In this document: in pieces, positions 28,089-38,250 of the stretch
Numbering within the stretch: the first letter of the stretch is position 1
How the letters are laid out: every line of letters starts with the position of its first letter
NCBI GenBank assembly: GCA_030747485.1
Contig: JASLKP010000005.1
Span: 6,006-70,005 of the forward strand
Origin: Candidatus Thalassarchaeaceae archaeon
GTDB taxonomy: Archaea > Thermoplasmatota > Poseidoniia > Poseidoniales > Thalassarchaeaceae
DNA length: 64,000 nucleotides
Reading direction: 5' to 3'
Notes under the pieces: model-generated
Databases searched by the model: none
What the model was told of the DNA's origin: nothing
The model's input: only the letters and a program-made list of their open reading frames with translations
Program-made: the position numbers and the translations under genes

Positions 28089-29055
28089 GGGCATCGTCGA
28101 TGACTGAGGCCTCACTTGCACCAAGTCCCCGACCGATTAACGATTCAACGAGTGTTGTTTGCCAATCATCTGGCAATGGTTTGGAGAAATCCGTAGGCAA
28201 TATGATCACGCTTTCTCCAAGCATACACAAACGTGCCGCAATGGGTGAATCAATGAGACCTGCAGAAATGAGTGCACCGCCGACCAGATGAAGTAATTCA
28301 GTTCGTTCTGCATCTTTGATTAGACCTGAAAGGTCTGCAAAGGATGCACTCGCAGAGAGTAGTTCACTCCAACGACTCTCATCCCAGCGACCTTCGCGTA
28401 AACCAAACATGACTTGTTCGCCCGCAGCACGTATGGCTAATTTCCATTGGCCATCATCGATGTAACTTGATGTGTGTCTGCTTGCAGAAGTTCTCCAACA
28501 GACCACTACAGGAATATTCTTGAACCAAGAAACTACGGCACCTGACCCTCCTAAATCACCATGAAGTGGTGGGCAACCTGGTTCCAATCTGAGTTCCACA
28601 CCACCTGCATGTAAAGCAGAAACATCTCCCAGACCACCTGATAATTGACGTTCTACACGGTGGGCAATATGGATGGAACGCGCACGAGAAATATCTTCAG
28701 GTTCTCCCAAAGCTCTCTGCATCGATAATGCACAAGCGATGGCACCTGCGGCTGAAAGACCAAATCCTTGTGATCTAGGTAATGATAATGTTTGATTTAT
28801 TGTCCAATCAAATGAAAGTACTTCTGGGATGAAAGTACTCAATTCCTCCAGAACATGTTGATGTATTTTCTGACCGGATGGTGTCGTGGATGTCAGAATG
28901 CCATTACCCTCACTAGCATGTGCAATGATTTCAACGCCACGATCTAGAGCAAGGCCGGCCCCCCGACTACCTTGTTCAAGAAGAAATTCAGAATCATCAT
29001 GAATACTGAAAATCAAGGTGATGTGGCCACCCACACAGGCTCTTCCTTCCATCAT
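28066..29055 (-). CDS. GHMP kinase family protein (substrate unresolved; pantoate kinase / mevalonate-pathway kinase candidates)
   Basis: PRSQGFGLSAAGAIACALSM is the GHMP ATP-binding motif (PxGSGLGSSAA). It sits immediately downstream of rpoD, where archaea often place GHMP kinases. Confidence 0.6.
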   Translation of the reverse strand: MMEGRACVGGHITLIFSIHDDSEFLLEQGSRGAGLALDRGVEIIAHASEGNGILTSTTPSGQKIHQHVLEELSTFIPEVLSFDWTINQTLSLPRSQGFGLSAAGAIACALSMQRALGEPEDISRARSIHIAHRVERQLSGGLGDVSALHAGGVELRLEPGCPPLHGDLGGSGAVVSWFKNIPVVVCWRTSASRHTSSYIDDGQWKLAIRAAGEQVMFGLREGRWDESRWSELLSASASFADLSGLIKDAERTELLHLVGGALISAGLIDSPIAARLCMLGESVIILPTDFSKPLPDDWQTTLVESLIGRGLGASEASVIDDALNLHSLD

Positions 29056-29097
29056 CAGCCCCCCGTAGGGATTCTTGGACTTGAGAGAATCGTTGCC

Positions 29098-29988
29098 TCA
29101 AAGTGCTTCATCCAACTGAGATGAAATCTCACTAAATCGAGTTGAAAGTACCTTCACTGCTTCAGTAAATGCTGTTCTTGCTGACATCGAACCATCGGTG
29201 TCGTAACTAAATAGGAACTCACCGGGAATTTCTTCGATTGTAATCGCATCACCAAAATCTTCGATGCGTTCGGTGCCATCGCCTACATGATGTAATTCTC
29301 GAATCAACTGCTCTACCTTAAGCACGTCATCTAATTTCTTGTCTTTGAAATCACTCTTTGTGATTGATAATTCAAGGTCCCAAAGTGCTTTGGCTTTCTG
29401 TGGCCGGGCAATGGTTGCCACTCTACGAGGTGTGAATGATACACCTGCAACTGGATTCCACTTTGCGTGTTCACTTCCACAACCTAGAATTGCAGTCGCA
29501 TAGAACTCAAGGTATTGTCCCGTAAACAATTTTGTAATTGGAATTGAATGATATGCCTCTGGAATCTTTAGTTTGTCTTCACCAAGAACCTTGAGGGAGC
29601 CTGCAGTGACAAGATGTCCTTCTGGTGTTCCTCGCTCATTACAATGGTAGATGATTTGGCTTGCAGGGCTTCCCCACTCTTCTTGTGGGAGACCTTCATT
29701 TGCAGGGTCATCTGCAAGGAAACAAAAATCGTCATGGAATGTAGGGATTGGCAACATTGCCAAACGATGTGCAATGACCTCGTCAGGAAGAGCACCTACT
29801 GATTCATACATTTCACCAGTTTGATCATCTTTGAATGTACCTAGTTCAAATCGAACCTTGTGGATTGCCATCTTCGGGACATCTGTCATCAATGTACGAC
29901 GAAGCGCATTTGCAAATGCTCGTCCACTCTTCTGCAACAACACTTTGATATGATTGTCACGTTCTTCAATGACCTTTATTTTCACCAT
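29098..29988 (-). CDS. rpoD: DNA-directed RNA polymerase subunit D (Rpo3)
   Basis: MVKIKVIEERDNHIKVLL...ANALRRTLM N-terminus, in conserved operon position after uS11, 296 aa. Confidence 0.9.
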   Translation of the reverse strand: MVKIKVIEERDNHIKVLLQKSGRAFANALRRTLMTDVPKMAIHKVRFELGTFKDDQTGEMYESVGALPDEVIAHRLAMLPIPTFHDDFCFLADDPANEGLPQEEWGSPASQIIYHCNERGTPEGHLVTAGSLKVLGEDKLKIPEAYHSIPITKLFTGQYLEFYATAILGCGSEHAKWNPVAGVSFTPRRVATIARPQKAKALWDLELSITKSDFKDKKLDDVLKVEQLIRELHHVGDGTERIEDFGDAITIEEIPGEFLFSYDTDGSMSARTAFTEAVKVLSTRFSEISSQLDEAL

Positions 29989-30003
29989 AATTATTCCTCC
30001 TAA

Positions 30004-30390
30004 TCATACTCGGCGGCCTCTTCGGCCACCCTTCTTCTTTGTACCATCGTGAGGAATAGGTGTTACATCCTCAATACGTGTAATCGTCATTCCTGCACGT
30101 GTAAGTGCCCGGATTGCTGCTTGTGCACCGGGTCCAGTATTCGGTGATTTATTTCCACCGACACCTCGATACTTGACAATAACTTGTGTGAAATCCTTCT
30201 CACGCAGCAAATCAGCGATTTGTTCTGCTGCACGGGTCGCAGCGAATTGACCACCAGCATCACTGGCTTTCTTCGTAACCTGTCCGCCACTAATCTTAGC
30301 CAATGTTTCCGCGCCAGTCAAATCAGTCGCTGTGAGTAGAACGTTGTTAAACGAACTGTAAATGTGTAGAACTGCTTTGTGAGACATCAT
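30004..30390 (-). CDS. rps11: 30S ribosomal protein uS11
   Basis: [23 protein letters not shown] ... [11 protein letters not shown] ... [11 protein letters not shown]. Confidence 0.95.
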   Translation of the reverse strand: MMSHKAVLHIYSSFNNVLLTATDLTGAETLAKISGGQVTKKASDAGGQFAATRAAEQIADLLREKDFTQVIVKYRGVGGNKSPNTGPGAQAAIRALTRAGMTITRIEDVTPIPHDGTKKKGGRRGRRV

Positions 30391-31064
30391 TCATCGCCTC
30401 CTTCAACAACTGTACTTTCCGCGTCTGGAGCCGCTTCTGCTCCCGCTGCAATACCGGCAACAAATTCTTCACTTGGCGCCTCTGTACCTGATTCCTCATC
30501 CTCTCCTGCACTCGCTCGAATTTCTTCAATTTCCTTGCGGATTGGATGCTCTGGATTTGTCAATGGTGAGGTGTGATGATATGTGAGGGTATTTTCGTCA
30601 TTCCGTGTAACCAGATAGCTCGGTACAGTCATCTTTTGAGCACCTACAGCGATATGTCCGTGGACCACCAATTGTCTTGCTTGACGCATAGATGAGGCTA
30701 GTCCCCGATAGTATACCTGACTTTGTAGACGGCGGTTCAACACATGATCCACCTCGACTTTGAGAATATCATCCAAGGTCGAGTTGTCACCCACTATTCC
30801 ACGTCGATGCAGTGAGTTAACGAGGTCCTCCTTTTCACGTGCATAATGTCCTTCAGATGAGTCAACTCTACCAATGAGTTTCATAGCGTTTTGACGCCAT
30901 CGGCGCAATTTGGATTTGGCCTTCCAAATCTCCTTCATTCCACCAACCTTCTTCAGGCCATATTGTTCTTTGAGTGCATGTTCTTCCTCGATACGAGTTT
31001 TCTTCCACGGATGTGTTGGAGTATCGTACTTTGGTCGTGCAAATTTTGGATGTCCCATATTCAT
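30387..31064 (-). CDS. rps4: 30S ribosomal protein uS4 (with acidic C-terminal extension)
   Basis: [13 protein letters not shown] ... [24 protein letters not shown]. The 4-nt overlap with rps11 indicates coupling. Confidence 0.95.
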   Translation of the reverse strand: MNMGHPKFARPKYDTPTHPWKKTRIEEEHALKEQYGLKKVGGMKEIWKAKSKLRRWRQNAMKLIGRVDSSEGHYAREKEDLVNSLHRRGIVGDNSTLDDILKVEVDHVLNRRLQSQVYYRGLASSMRQARQLVVHGHIAVGAQKMTVPSYLVTRNDENTLTYHHTSPLTNPEHPIRKEIEEIRASAGEDEESGTEAPSEEFVAGIAAGAEAAPDAESTVVEGGDE

Positions 31065-31076
31065 TCACCTCCAATC

Positions 31077-31544
31077 TCACTTCTTACGCTGCACTCCAAG
31101 CGTGAGGCCTGTTCGGCCATTTGAACGAGTTCGCTGACCGCGAACTGATTTACGAGCAGCGTGGCGTAGACCGCGATATGCTTTGGAAGCACGTAAACGA
31201 TCGATGTCGTCTTTCTGTGTCATTTCAACATCCATTGAAAACAATTGGAATTCATCCCCTGTCTCAATATCTCGTTGACGGTTCAACATCCACACAGGTA
31301 CCTTCGTAGGATATGATTCAATGGCGTCTCGGATACTGTCTTGCTCTGAATCGCTAAGATGTCCACCCAACTTGTTGGTGTCGATTTCTGCAATTTTACA
31401 AATCATTAGAGCTGTTCTAACTCCCACGCCTTTCACACTGGTAAGACCCATTCCAATCGGAGTGAGTCCGTCTACGTCACTGTCAGCAAGTCTGATGATG
31501 TAATTGAAATCATCACCAAGTTCTGACTCGTCTATTTTCGCCAT
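31077..31544 (-). CDS. rps13: 30S ribosomal protein uS13
   Basis: IIRLADSDVDGLTPIGMGLTSVKGVGVRTA ... YRGLRHAARKSVRGQRTRSNGRTG. Confidence 0.95.
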   Translation of the reverse strand: MAKIDESELGDDFNYIIRLADSDVDGLTPIGMGLTSVKGVGVRTALMICKIAEIDTNKLGGHLSDSEQDSIRDAIESYPTKVPVWMLNRQRDIETGDEFQLFSMDVEMTQKDDIDRLRASKAYRGLRHAARKSVRGQRTRSNGRTGLTLGVQRKK

Positions 31545-31646
31545 TTTTGGGTCCTCCCCTGTTCACCAGTTGCCCAGTGGCCTCGTTTGAAGCGTCTTCG
31601 CGACTCGCCTCCCCTATTTGAACAACACGCAGGGAGTGAGATGCCC

Positions 31647-32954
31647 CTACGGGGCAGGTGAATCATGTTCTTTACAAATTAAATAGCCGTTATTGGCCTC
31701 AGCGATGAAACCTGGATTTGATGCATTTTGTTGAGATATGTTTCGCATTTCTCGATCTATTTTTGATTGTAATTTCGGTTGTAGTTCAGGATTTAGGGCA
31801 CAGCGTAATTTGAGAGAGGAAAGGCCCAAATCACCTGCTTTTTGAGCAATTTCCTGAATCAAATGAATTTCTAATTCAGGAATATATGCAACGACTTCTC
31901 CAGAAATTTGGACAAATGAAAATACCATTTCATATGTTTTTTCAGAGACATGAAGTTCATGAAAAGTGGAAAGGATGGGTTCCGAACTGATTAATGTCGG
32001 TCTGCGACCTGTGACGACATCCCACCTTGGTTCGCTCATTGATGCGATCTTCTTCCATGATTCAGCCAAGCCACTGGCGATGAGGCAGGGGTCTGTGATT
32101 GTCAGGTGCTCTCCGATTTCAACATCCTTTTGATTGACAACTGTAGGCTCTGATTCACCTGTGAATATACCTGAAAAGTCTCCGCTCTTGTTCAATCGAA
32201 CCAAACGATTAGGTTGAGGACATGCGGCTGGTCCGACCCATAGAGACAATCGGTCAATGCGTCCTCTACCTTGTGTCATCCATTGCCAAGTCATTGGAGA
32301 ATTGGGCCAAATTGTAGAAACAATCGCCGCGACTTCCTCTCTTTGAGTATCTGACAACCTTGGTGACAAGTCAAGAATCAATGCTGCTTGAGGAGGCATT
32401 AATGGTGCCCATGCTGAGAGTAATTTGTCCAAGGGAGGTTGCATTTCACTCAATGAATGCTGTTGTGCATCCGGTGGGCGTGCAGGATCTACATGAAGTA
32501 GTGAAATTGGTAATGTAGATTCTGAATGCTCTCTGTATATCTGTAAAATTTCATTTGCGTCAATTCCATTTCCCCATAGTATTCGACTTGATTCACTCCA
32601 ATTGCTCCCATCTTCTGCCCAATCTCCACATCTCTCAAGATTAATTGCGGCCAACGGAGCCACTGCACCAGACAATTCAACACCCAATCCCGGTTGATTC
32701 AAGTTCGCACACAAAGCAGCAAGTTGTGTGCCACTGCCACATGCTGGATCTAGAATGATTCCTGGCTCAAGGTTACAATCGTCCAATAACTTCGATTTTG
32801 CACGGGCCACGGTCCAAGGAGTTGCAAAACGGTGCATTTCATTTGTTGCATGAATTGGAGGGCCACTCAATTCTTGTCGAATGGGTGCGCTAGATTCTGC
32901 GTAATCTTTGGCCTTTTCATCGACCACCATCACAACCGGTTGGATGGCAGGCAT
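31647..32954 (-). CDS. Class I SAM-dependent methyltransferase-like protein with long C-terminal extension
   Basis: ILDPACGSGTQLAAL is Rossmann motif I, as in m2G RNA MTases (RlmL/Trm11) and HsdM-type N6-adenine MTases. The motif IV position reads DPARPP, a degenerate version of (D/N)PP(Y/F). Confidence 0.5.
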   Translation of the reverse strand: MPAIQPVVMVVDEKAKDYAESSAPIRQELSGPPIHATNEMHRFATPWTVARAKSKLLDDCNLEPGIILDPACGSGTQLAALCANLNQPGLGVELSGAVAPLAAINLERCGDWAEDGSNWSESSRILWGNGIDANEILQIYREHSESTLPISLLHVDPARPPDAQQHSLSEMQPPLDKLLSAWAPLMPPQAALILDLSPRLSDTQREEVAAIVSTIWPNSPMTWQWMTQGRGRIDRLSLWVGPAACPQPNRLVRLNKSGDFSGIFTGESEPTVVNQKDVEIGEHLTITDPCLIASGLAESWKKIASMSEPRWDVVTGRRPTLISSEPILSTFHELHVSEKTYEMVFSFVQISGEVVAYIPELEIHLIQEIAQKAGDLGLSSLKLRCALNPELQPKLQSKIDREMRNISQQNASNPGFIAEANNGYLICKEHDSPAP

Positions 32955-32999
32955 GCCGTGAGCAGACCACTAGATGGCATGGGTCTTTCGATATCATTG

Positions 33000-33977
33000 T
33001 CAGACGAATAATTGTTCAAGTTCTAACTCAAATCTAAGCCAACTTTGTTGTAATTCGTGTCCGTCATTATTTCCATATGCTAAATCCGGAGGCAATAGGA
33101 TTGTGTGTGATGTTCCCAGTAACGTCAATGATTCTTCCATATCAGCATCCAAACCTACCAATCCCCAACCGAATCCTTCAATGTAACAAACCCAAGGAAT
33201 TGGGGGTTCGGTATTGCACATTGGGTCTTCTCCAGCAGTTGCAGGGAGGATTCCATCGTCCAACTGTTCGCCAGTGTCTTCATCCCATACCGTATATTGA
33301 ACATTCATGCGTTCATTTCGGGCGTGTCGGTCTTTTTCACTACCATCTGAATATACTTCAACGTCAAGATACACTGTTGCAGAGGGTAGTGATACATGGG
33401 TTAGACTGACTGTAAACATGCCATCATCAATTCCTGCTTCCAATTGTAGAGGGACAACAACCGAATCCCCTGCTTCAATTTGCAACAATATTCCTTGTCC
33501 TTGTCCATCTATACTCACCGCTTCATGGTTGATTTTGATTGACAACGGTAAGGCATTATCGGAGTCGACATTGTGTATAGCCAAATGTGCATAATCACCC
33601 TGTCCTTGGTGCGCCCACGTACATAGTAACTCTCCGGGGAACCAGAATGTTTCATCTTGGGAGGACAAATCTGATGGCCAATTCCAATCGTCATTACGTG
33701 ACTCACAGCCTGGATCATAGAAGAGAAGGGTGGCCTCCCATGTCCAACGGCCATCCAATTGGATATCTTCTTCATCGATTGCTGCAAATGCACCATCGAA
33801 CTGATTGAGGAATGTCCATGCACCAATTCCAATCCAAATTCCGGCGATGATAATCATCAGTATTGTCCCGATACTTGTCATGATTGCTAGGCGAGGAACA
33901 GCCATCTCATTGAAGCCCAATGGAACGATTGGGTGTTCTTCCGCTTCAGGACGATCCGATATCCAAGAGCCGCTCAC
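33000..33977 (-). CDS. Membrane-anchored FKBP-type peptidyl-prolyl cis-trans isomerase
   Basis: N-terminal TM (AIMTSIGTILMIIIAGIWIGIGAW). The C-terminal FKBP domain reads VQYTVWDEDTGEQLDDG ... IEGFGWGLVGLDADMEESLTLLGTSHTILLPPDLAYGNNDGHELQQSWLRFELEL. Confidence 0.65.
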   Translation of the reverse strand: MSGSWISDRPEAEEHPIVPLGFNEMAVPRLAIMTSIGTILMIIIAGIWIGIGAWTFLNQFDGAFAAIDEEDIQLDGRWTWEATLLFYDPGCESRNDDWNWPSDLSSQDETFWFPGELLCTWAHQGQGDYAHLAIHNVDSDNALPLSIKINHEAVSIDGQGQGILLQIEAGDSVVVPLQLEAGIDDGMFTVSLTHVSLPSATVYLDVEVYSDGSEKDRHARNERMNVQYTVWDEDTGEQLDDGILPATAGEDPMCNTEPPIPWVCYIEGFGWGLVGLDADMEESLTLLGTSHTILLPPDLAYGNNDGHELQQSWLRFELELEQLFV

Positions 33978-34036
33978 GGTGTCCCTTCAACAAAGGTCCC
34001 GCATCAACATTCGCACGGCTTAATTCATCAAAAATA

Positions 34037-37000
34037 TCAATCCTGAGCCAATTGAAGTTGATGGCGCGTCCCCAGCCAGGCCACAATACCGAGTTCCACA
34101 CCTAGTGCGAGAAGCATGAGGAGTAACATCTCAGAATCGAGGACATTGTCCTGTAAGATGAGCAACCAAACAGCAATTGAAAGAACCAGATCAAATGCAC
34201 CCATTACCCGCATTCCTCTTCTAAGTTGTAAGATGCCCCCCACCCATGTAACAAGTGAAAGAGCAAGGATTGAGACAACCATCCAACCATTCCAACCTGT
34301 CACTGCCAATACGCCAATCGGGAGTAGGATGTGAGCATTCCAAAGCCATGCAGTTGTCCATTTTGGTAGGTTGTACAATATTGTGTATAAATGTGCTAAC
34401 ACCATGACGAGGGCTGTCAACAAAATGGTCCATGAAATGTAGGTCATGTAGGTGCTTGAATAATCAAACCACGGACTGAAAGCAAGTAATGATGCTAATC
34501 CCGCATTGATTGCCATTGCAGCACCTGCGGGTTGCTTCCAGTCAAAGGAACGGCGAAGACAGAGTAACGATGCAAGAAGGCCGGCAGGGCCTGCTGATAC
34601 AAGGACAATCATGAATGCAAAACCACCTCTTCCTGCTGCACCACGATGGTCAGGCATTCCTTTTGTCCGACGGAATCCCTCAATCCATTCCCATACGCAT
34701 ACAAGCATGAAAAGTACTGCTTCGTGGAATAACCATGGAACCATCCAATCGACCATCGAGATATTGGAATCTAGAGGATTTACAGACATTGGAAATGGAA
34801 CGGCGTTGATGAATAACGCACCAAATACACGGGTTAGTAACAGCACCATTACGACCCATTCAACAGCACTAGGAATTCGCCATGCTAAATCATCACGCCC
34901 GTATAGTGAATTCATCGCCAAACCCAACAATGCAAAGGTGAGAACGAGCAGGTCCAACTGAGCATTCAGGGAACCATGTATTCCAAAATGTCCCACGAGG
35001 TAAATGAGGCCTAAGCCACACATTGTCACAGCAAAGGGCAATTCTATGCCATTAAAATCGGGTAATCGAAGGTGTTGGATTCTCGCGCGCTCTCGTGAAA
35101 TCCATGTCAACGCGAGTGCAAATAATGTGACGACCAACATCAAACCAGGATTTGATGACGAATCAAAATATGCAAACCAACATGCTGCAAATGTAGTCAC
35201 TGCAATAAATGAGATTACAATGATTGGTCTATGGTGGATATCTCCAACCAAGAGATCCATCTCTTCGTTACCATATGCACCTGCCTTGCGTCGTCTTTTC
35301 CTTTGTTTTTCCATTAATGATAACAGTTCTGAATCTGCCATTTTCATACTACCTTTAGAAACTGCTTGTGAAATTGATTTTGCCAATTCACCAGTCGGGT
35401 CTGAAGCAGCCTTGGCGGCGAGAGTTTCATCAGAAAAATGATACAAATTCGAACCCTGTTGCAACTCTAGAGGAACTTCATCAGCATCTTGTGAAACTAC
35501 TAGAGCAGATTCTGAAGTAGAAACTGTTTCTGGAATCAGCGATGTGCCACGAGTTGGGGCTTCAAGCAATGGACTCTGTTGAGCGGATACATTGGCAAGA
35601 TTACCCGATTCAAGCGCTGCTGCAATTTGCTGTTTTCGTGCAATTGAAATTAATCTCGCTTCTCTTTTACCAACCTGTTTCAGTTCAGCACGGAGTTCAC
35701 CTTGAGCGGCCAGATACAATGCTGTTCCAACAAACAGAGCCAATGCGATGATTGATTGGCTCCAATGCATATCATCTCCTGATGTAGCCCAAATCAATAG
35801 AGTCAAGAGAAGTACAATTGTAATTGCTGGCTGGAGAATTTTCTCTAATTTACTGGCAATCGGGAGATATACTGCGACGATGCAAATACTAGCTAACAGA
35901 ATCACACCTCCCGTCATACTACGCGTAAGAGGTTCTGGATCAATGAGAGGGAAGGAGATGTGTCGATCCAATGAGAAGAGCATGATTTGTACACTAAGTA
36001 GCCCCATTGTTAGCGATAATAACTCAGAGTTTGGTCCGTCTTCTCCACGTGTCAGAAGAATGATGACTGAAGCCGCTGTAAGTATAGTAATCCAAGCAAC
36101 ATGTACTCCAAAGTTCCATTGGAATACAATCATGACGATTGCTAAAGAAATGAGAATCAACCGTGGATTGTCCTGATGTCGGCCCTGTGCTTCTGCTGTA
36201 ATATGGACGATTGCCAAAACAGAGAATCCAATGATTGAAAGCGAACCAATATTATGGCTGACATCGACAAACATCAACCACACAATGAGACCTGATATTA
36301 GGCCTAAGTTCCACAATCTCATTAGACCTGAATCCCTAAGTCGAGCTGTCAATTCAGATGCTCCAATCAGTTTTCCTGCGATGTTCACACCAGTTTCTCC
36401 TAATTTCATATTCACTGGATATTGTAACAACGCCGCGATTGTCAAATATATCGCAACAAAGGAAGGGTCCAACATAATCACATCCCATCCGCTAACATCA
36501 ATTTCTCTAGCATCTGAAAAGTTATCCAATGAAGATGTCCAAAATCGATATACTAACATCCACAACCAGGGTGCGAGAACAGTAACACCTGCAATACTTG
36601 GAGAGTCACGATGAAGGGCAAGAGCTGCCGTTGAAATATGAAGTATGACAAATGAAATGAGGAGTAACTTGCCTTCATCACCGCCAATATTAGTTGACTC
36701 TGCAGGGATTAGAATAGTTAACAATAGCATGAGGACCAAACTTCCAATCCACAATACACGATCGGTGACATTTGATTGGTGTTTTAGTAAGATACCAATG
36801 GTCACCAATGCCGACAATGCCGCAAAGGATTCATATCCAGAAAATGGCAATTGAGAATCACCGATGATGGCCTTCGAGATTTCTTTTGACTCCAACATAA
36901 CCAGTAATATCAAGAGAATCGGGAGAGCACTCAATAGGGGTTTGAGGACTTCTTTCTCATCTACTCCACGGACGACCAAGTACGAGCCACCATAGACTGC

Positions 37001-38215
37001 GATTAAAGTCATCAAAATTCCGAGGGCATATCCTGTTACATCTCTCCCACTTGCCAATAGTAACATTGCACCAATCATTCCCAACCCGATTGATACACCC
37101 CACAATCCTGGTTTACCCAGTCCAGTAATTGCAATTCCTTTGCTGAACCAATTTTCCTCGCGCGCGAATCTTGCCGCCATTGCTCCGTTGATTCCTGTGG
37201 TTGCCAATGCAAGCAAAAACAAGGGCATTGGATCATTCAATGGCAATATGACCAATGCGCCAATGTGCAGTGGATTAGATTGAATCGCATGGAATCCTAT
37301 CCATAAATGACTAGCAGCAATCCCGAGCGATGCTAAATTTCCACTGCGGCGATGAAGGGCAAGTCCGTGTAACAAAATGATTGCAATGAGAATCATTATC
37401 GTAACTCCCAATTCTCCACCAATCGATCCTGCCGCAGATGCAATGGCTAGAGAGACTAAGGTTGCTTGGGCCATGATGGCATCATGACCATGACGATATC
37501 CTACGAGAATATTAACGCCAACCAATCCAATGAGAGTGACGCCTAGAGTTTGGGTGTCTATCCATTTCCAATGATGTGCATCTAAGGCCAAACCATACAT
37601 CAATTTCATTGAAATTATCACCCAAGTTACACCAAGTAAATGCATTCCTTTGTCAGGAATCCAACGCTCACCAAGAACAAAACCAAGAGTCGCTAAACCG
37701 ACGAGTCCTGCTGTCGCTGCAAAAGGGTCGAGGGCAGTTGCAACCAACCAACCCACTAGACTGTATACGAAGATCATTGCAACCATCAGGGCCCAATGTA
37801 AACGACGTTCCCCCTCTACTGCAATTTCTGTAATGGTATCCATTTCGGGCGTCATATACACCGTTCCATCTGGGAGAACATCTCCTGGATTCGGCCCAGA
37901 ATCTTTCTCAAATGGATCAAACATATCGCCTATGGCCTCATCAATTTCTTCTGAAGGTGATGGTTCAGGCAAAGCGCCTGCGGTCGCATCAGTGGGAGAT
38001 GAACCAGCCTTAGCGGGCTTCTTTGCTGATTCTAATGAGTCATCTGAAAGGAAGGCTCCAAGGTCAATTCCGCCACCCATCTCAAAGTTACGAGAATCGA
38101 TGATTCTGTCCTTCGCAGGAAGGGGAGCATCGTCCTCTTGGCCCTCGCCCATGACACCAAGCCAAACCGATGCAGCATAAGACTCGCCCTTCTTTGAATA
38201 CACCTTATGCTTCAA
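34037..38215 (-). CDS. Giant polytopic integral membrane protein (1392 aa, more than 30 predicted TM helices), unknown function
   Basis: A single uninterrupted ORF. An N-terminal acidic soluble region of about 130 aa is followed by dense hydrophobic helices along the whole length. No recognisable catalytic motif. Confidence 0.6.
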   Translation of the reverse strand: MKHKVYSKKGESYAASVWLGVMGEGQEDDAPLPAKDRIIDSRNFEMGGGIDLGAFLSDDSLESAKKPAKAGSSPTDATAGALPEPSPSEEIDEAIGDMFDPFEKDSGPNPGDVLPDGTVYMTPEMDTITEIAVEGERRLHWALMVAMIFVYSLVGWLVATALDPFAATAGLVGLATLGFVLGERWIPDKGMHLLGVTWVIISMKLMYGLALDAHHWKWIDTQTLGVTLIGLVGVNILVGYRHGHDAIMAQATLVSLAIASAAGSIGGELGVTIMILIAIILLHGLALHRRSGNLASLGIAASHLWIGFHAIQSNPLHIGALVILPLNDPMPLFLLALATTGINGAMAARFAREENWFSKGIAITGLGKPGLWGVSIGLGMIGAMLLLASGRDVTGYALGILMTLIAVYGGSYLVVRGVDEKEVLKPLLSALPILLILLVMLESKEISKAIIGDSQLPFSGYESFAALSALVTIGILLKHQSNVTDRVLWIGSLVLMLLLTILIPAESTNIGGDEGKLLLISFVILHISTAALALHRDSPSIAGVTVLAPWLWMLVYRFWTSSLDNFSDAREIDVSGWDVIMLDPSFVAIYLTIAALLQYPVNMKLGETGVNIAGKLIGASELTARLRDSGLMRLWNLGLISGLIVWLMFVDVSHNIGSLSIIGFSVLAIVHITAEAQGRHQDNPRLILISLAIVMIVFQWNFGVHVAWITILTAASVIILLTRGEDGPNSELLSLTMGLLSVQIMLFSLDRHISFPLIDPEPLTRSMTGGVILLASICIVAVYLPIASKLEKILQPAITIVLLLTLLIWATSGDDMHWSQSIIALALFVGTALYLAAQGELRAELKQVGKREARLISIARKQQIAAALESGNLANVSAQQSPLLEAPTRGTSLIPETVSTSESALVVSQDADEVPLELQQGSNLYHFSDETLAAKAASDPTGELAKSISQAVSKGSMKMADSELLSLMEKQRKRRRKAGAYGNEEMDLLVGDIHHRPIIVISFIAVTTFAACWFAYFDSSSNPGLMLVVTLFALALTWISRERARIQHLRLPDFNGIELPFAVTMCGLGLIYLVGHFGIHGSLNAQLDLLVLTFALLGLAMNSLYGRDDLAWRIPSAVEWVVMVLLLTRVFGALFINAVPFPMSVNPLDSNISMVDWMVPWLFHEAVLFMLVCVWEWIEGFRRTKGMPDHRGAAGRGGFAFMIVLVSAGPAGLLASLLCLRRSFDWKQPAGAAMAINAGLASLLAFSPWFDYSSTYMTYISWTILLTALVMVLAHLYTILYNLPKWTTAWLWNAHILLPIGVLAVTGWNGWMVVSILALSLVTWVGGILQLRRGMRVMGAFDLVLSIAVWLLILQDNVLDSEMLLLMLLALGVELGIVAWLGTRHQLQLAQD

Positions 38216-38250
38216 AATGCACTATAAACATCAGAGGGACGGAGGACGGC

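Noticed and set aside
31545-31690. Short GC hairpin tgcccctacggggca after the methyltransferase stop, as a terminator.
   Set aside because: No adjacent T-tract on the transcribed strand. It may still be structural, but the evidence is too weak to call a terminator.
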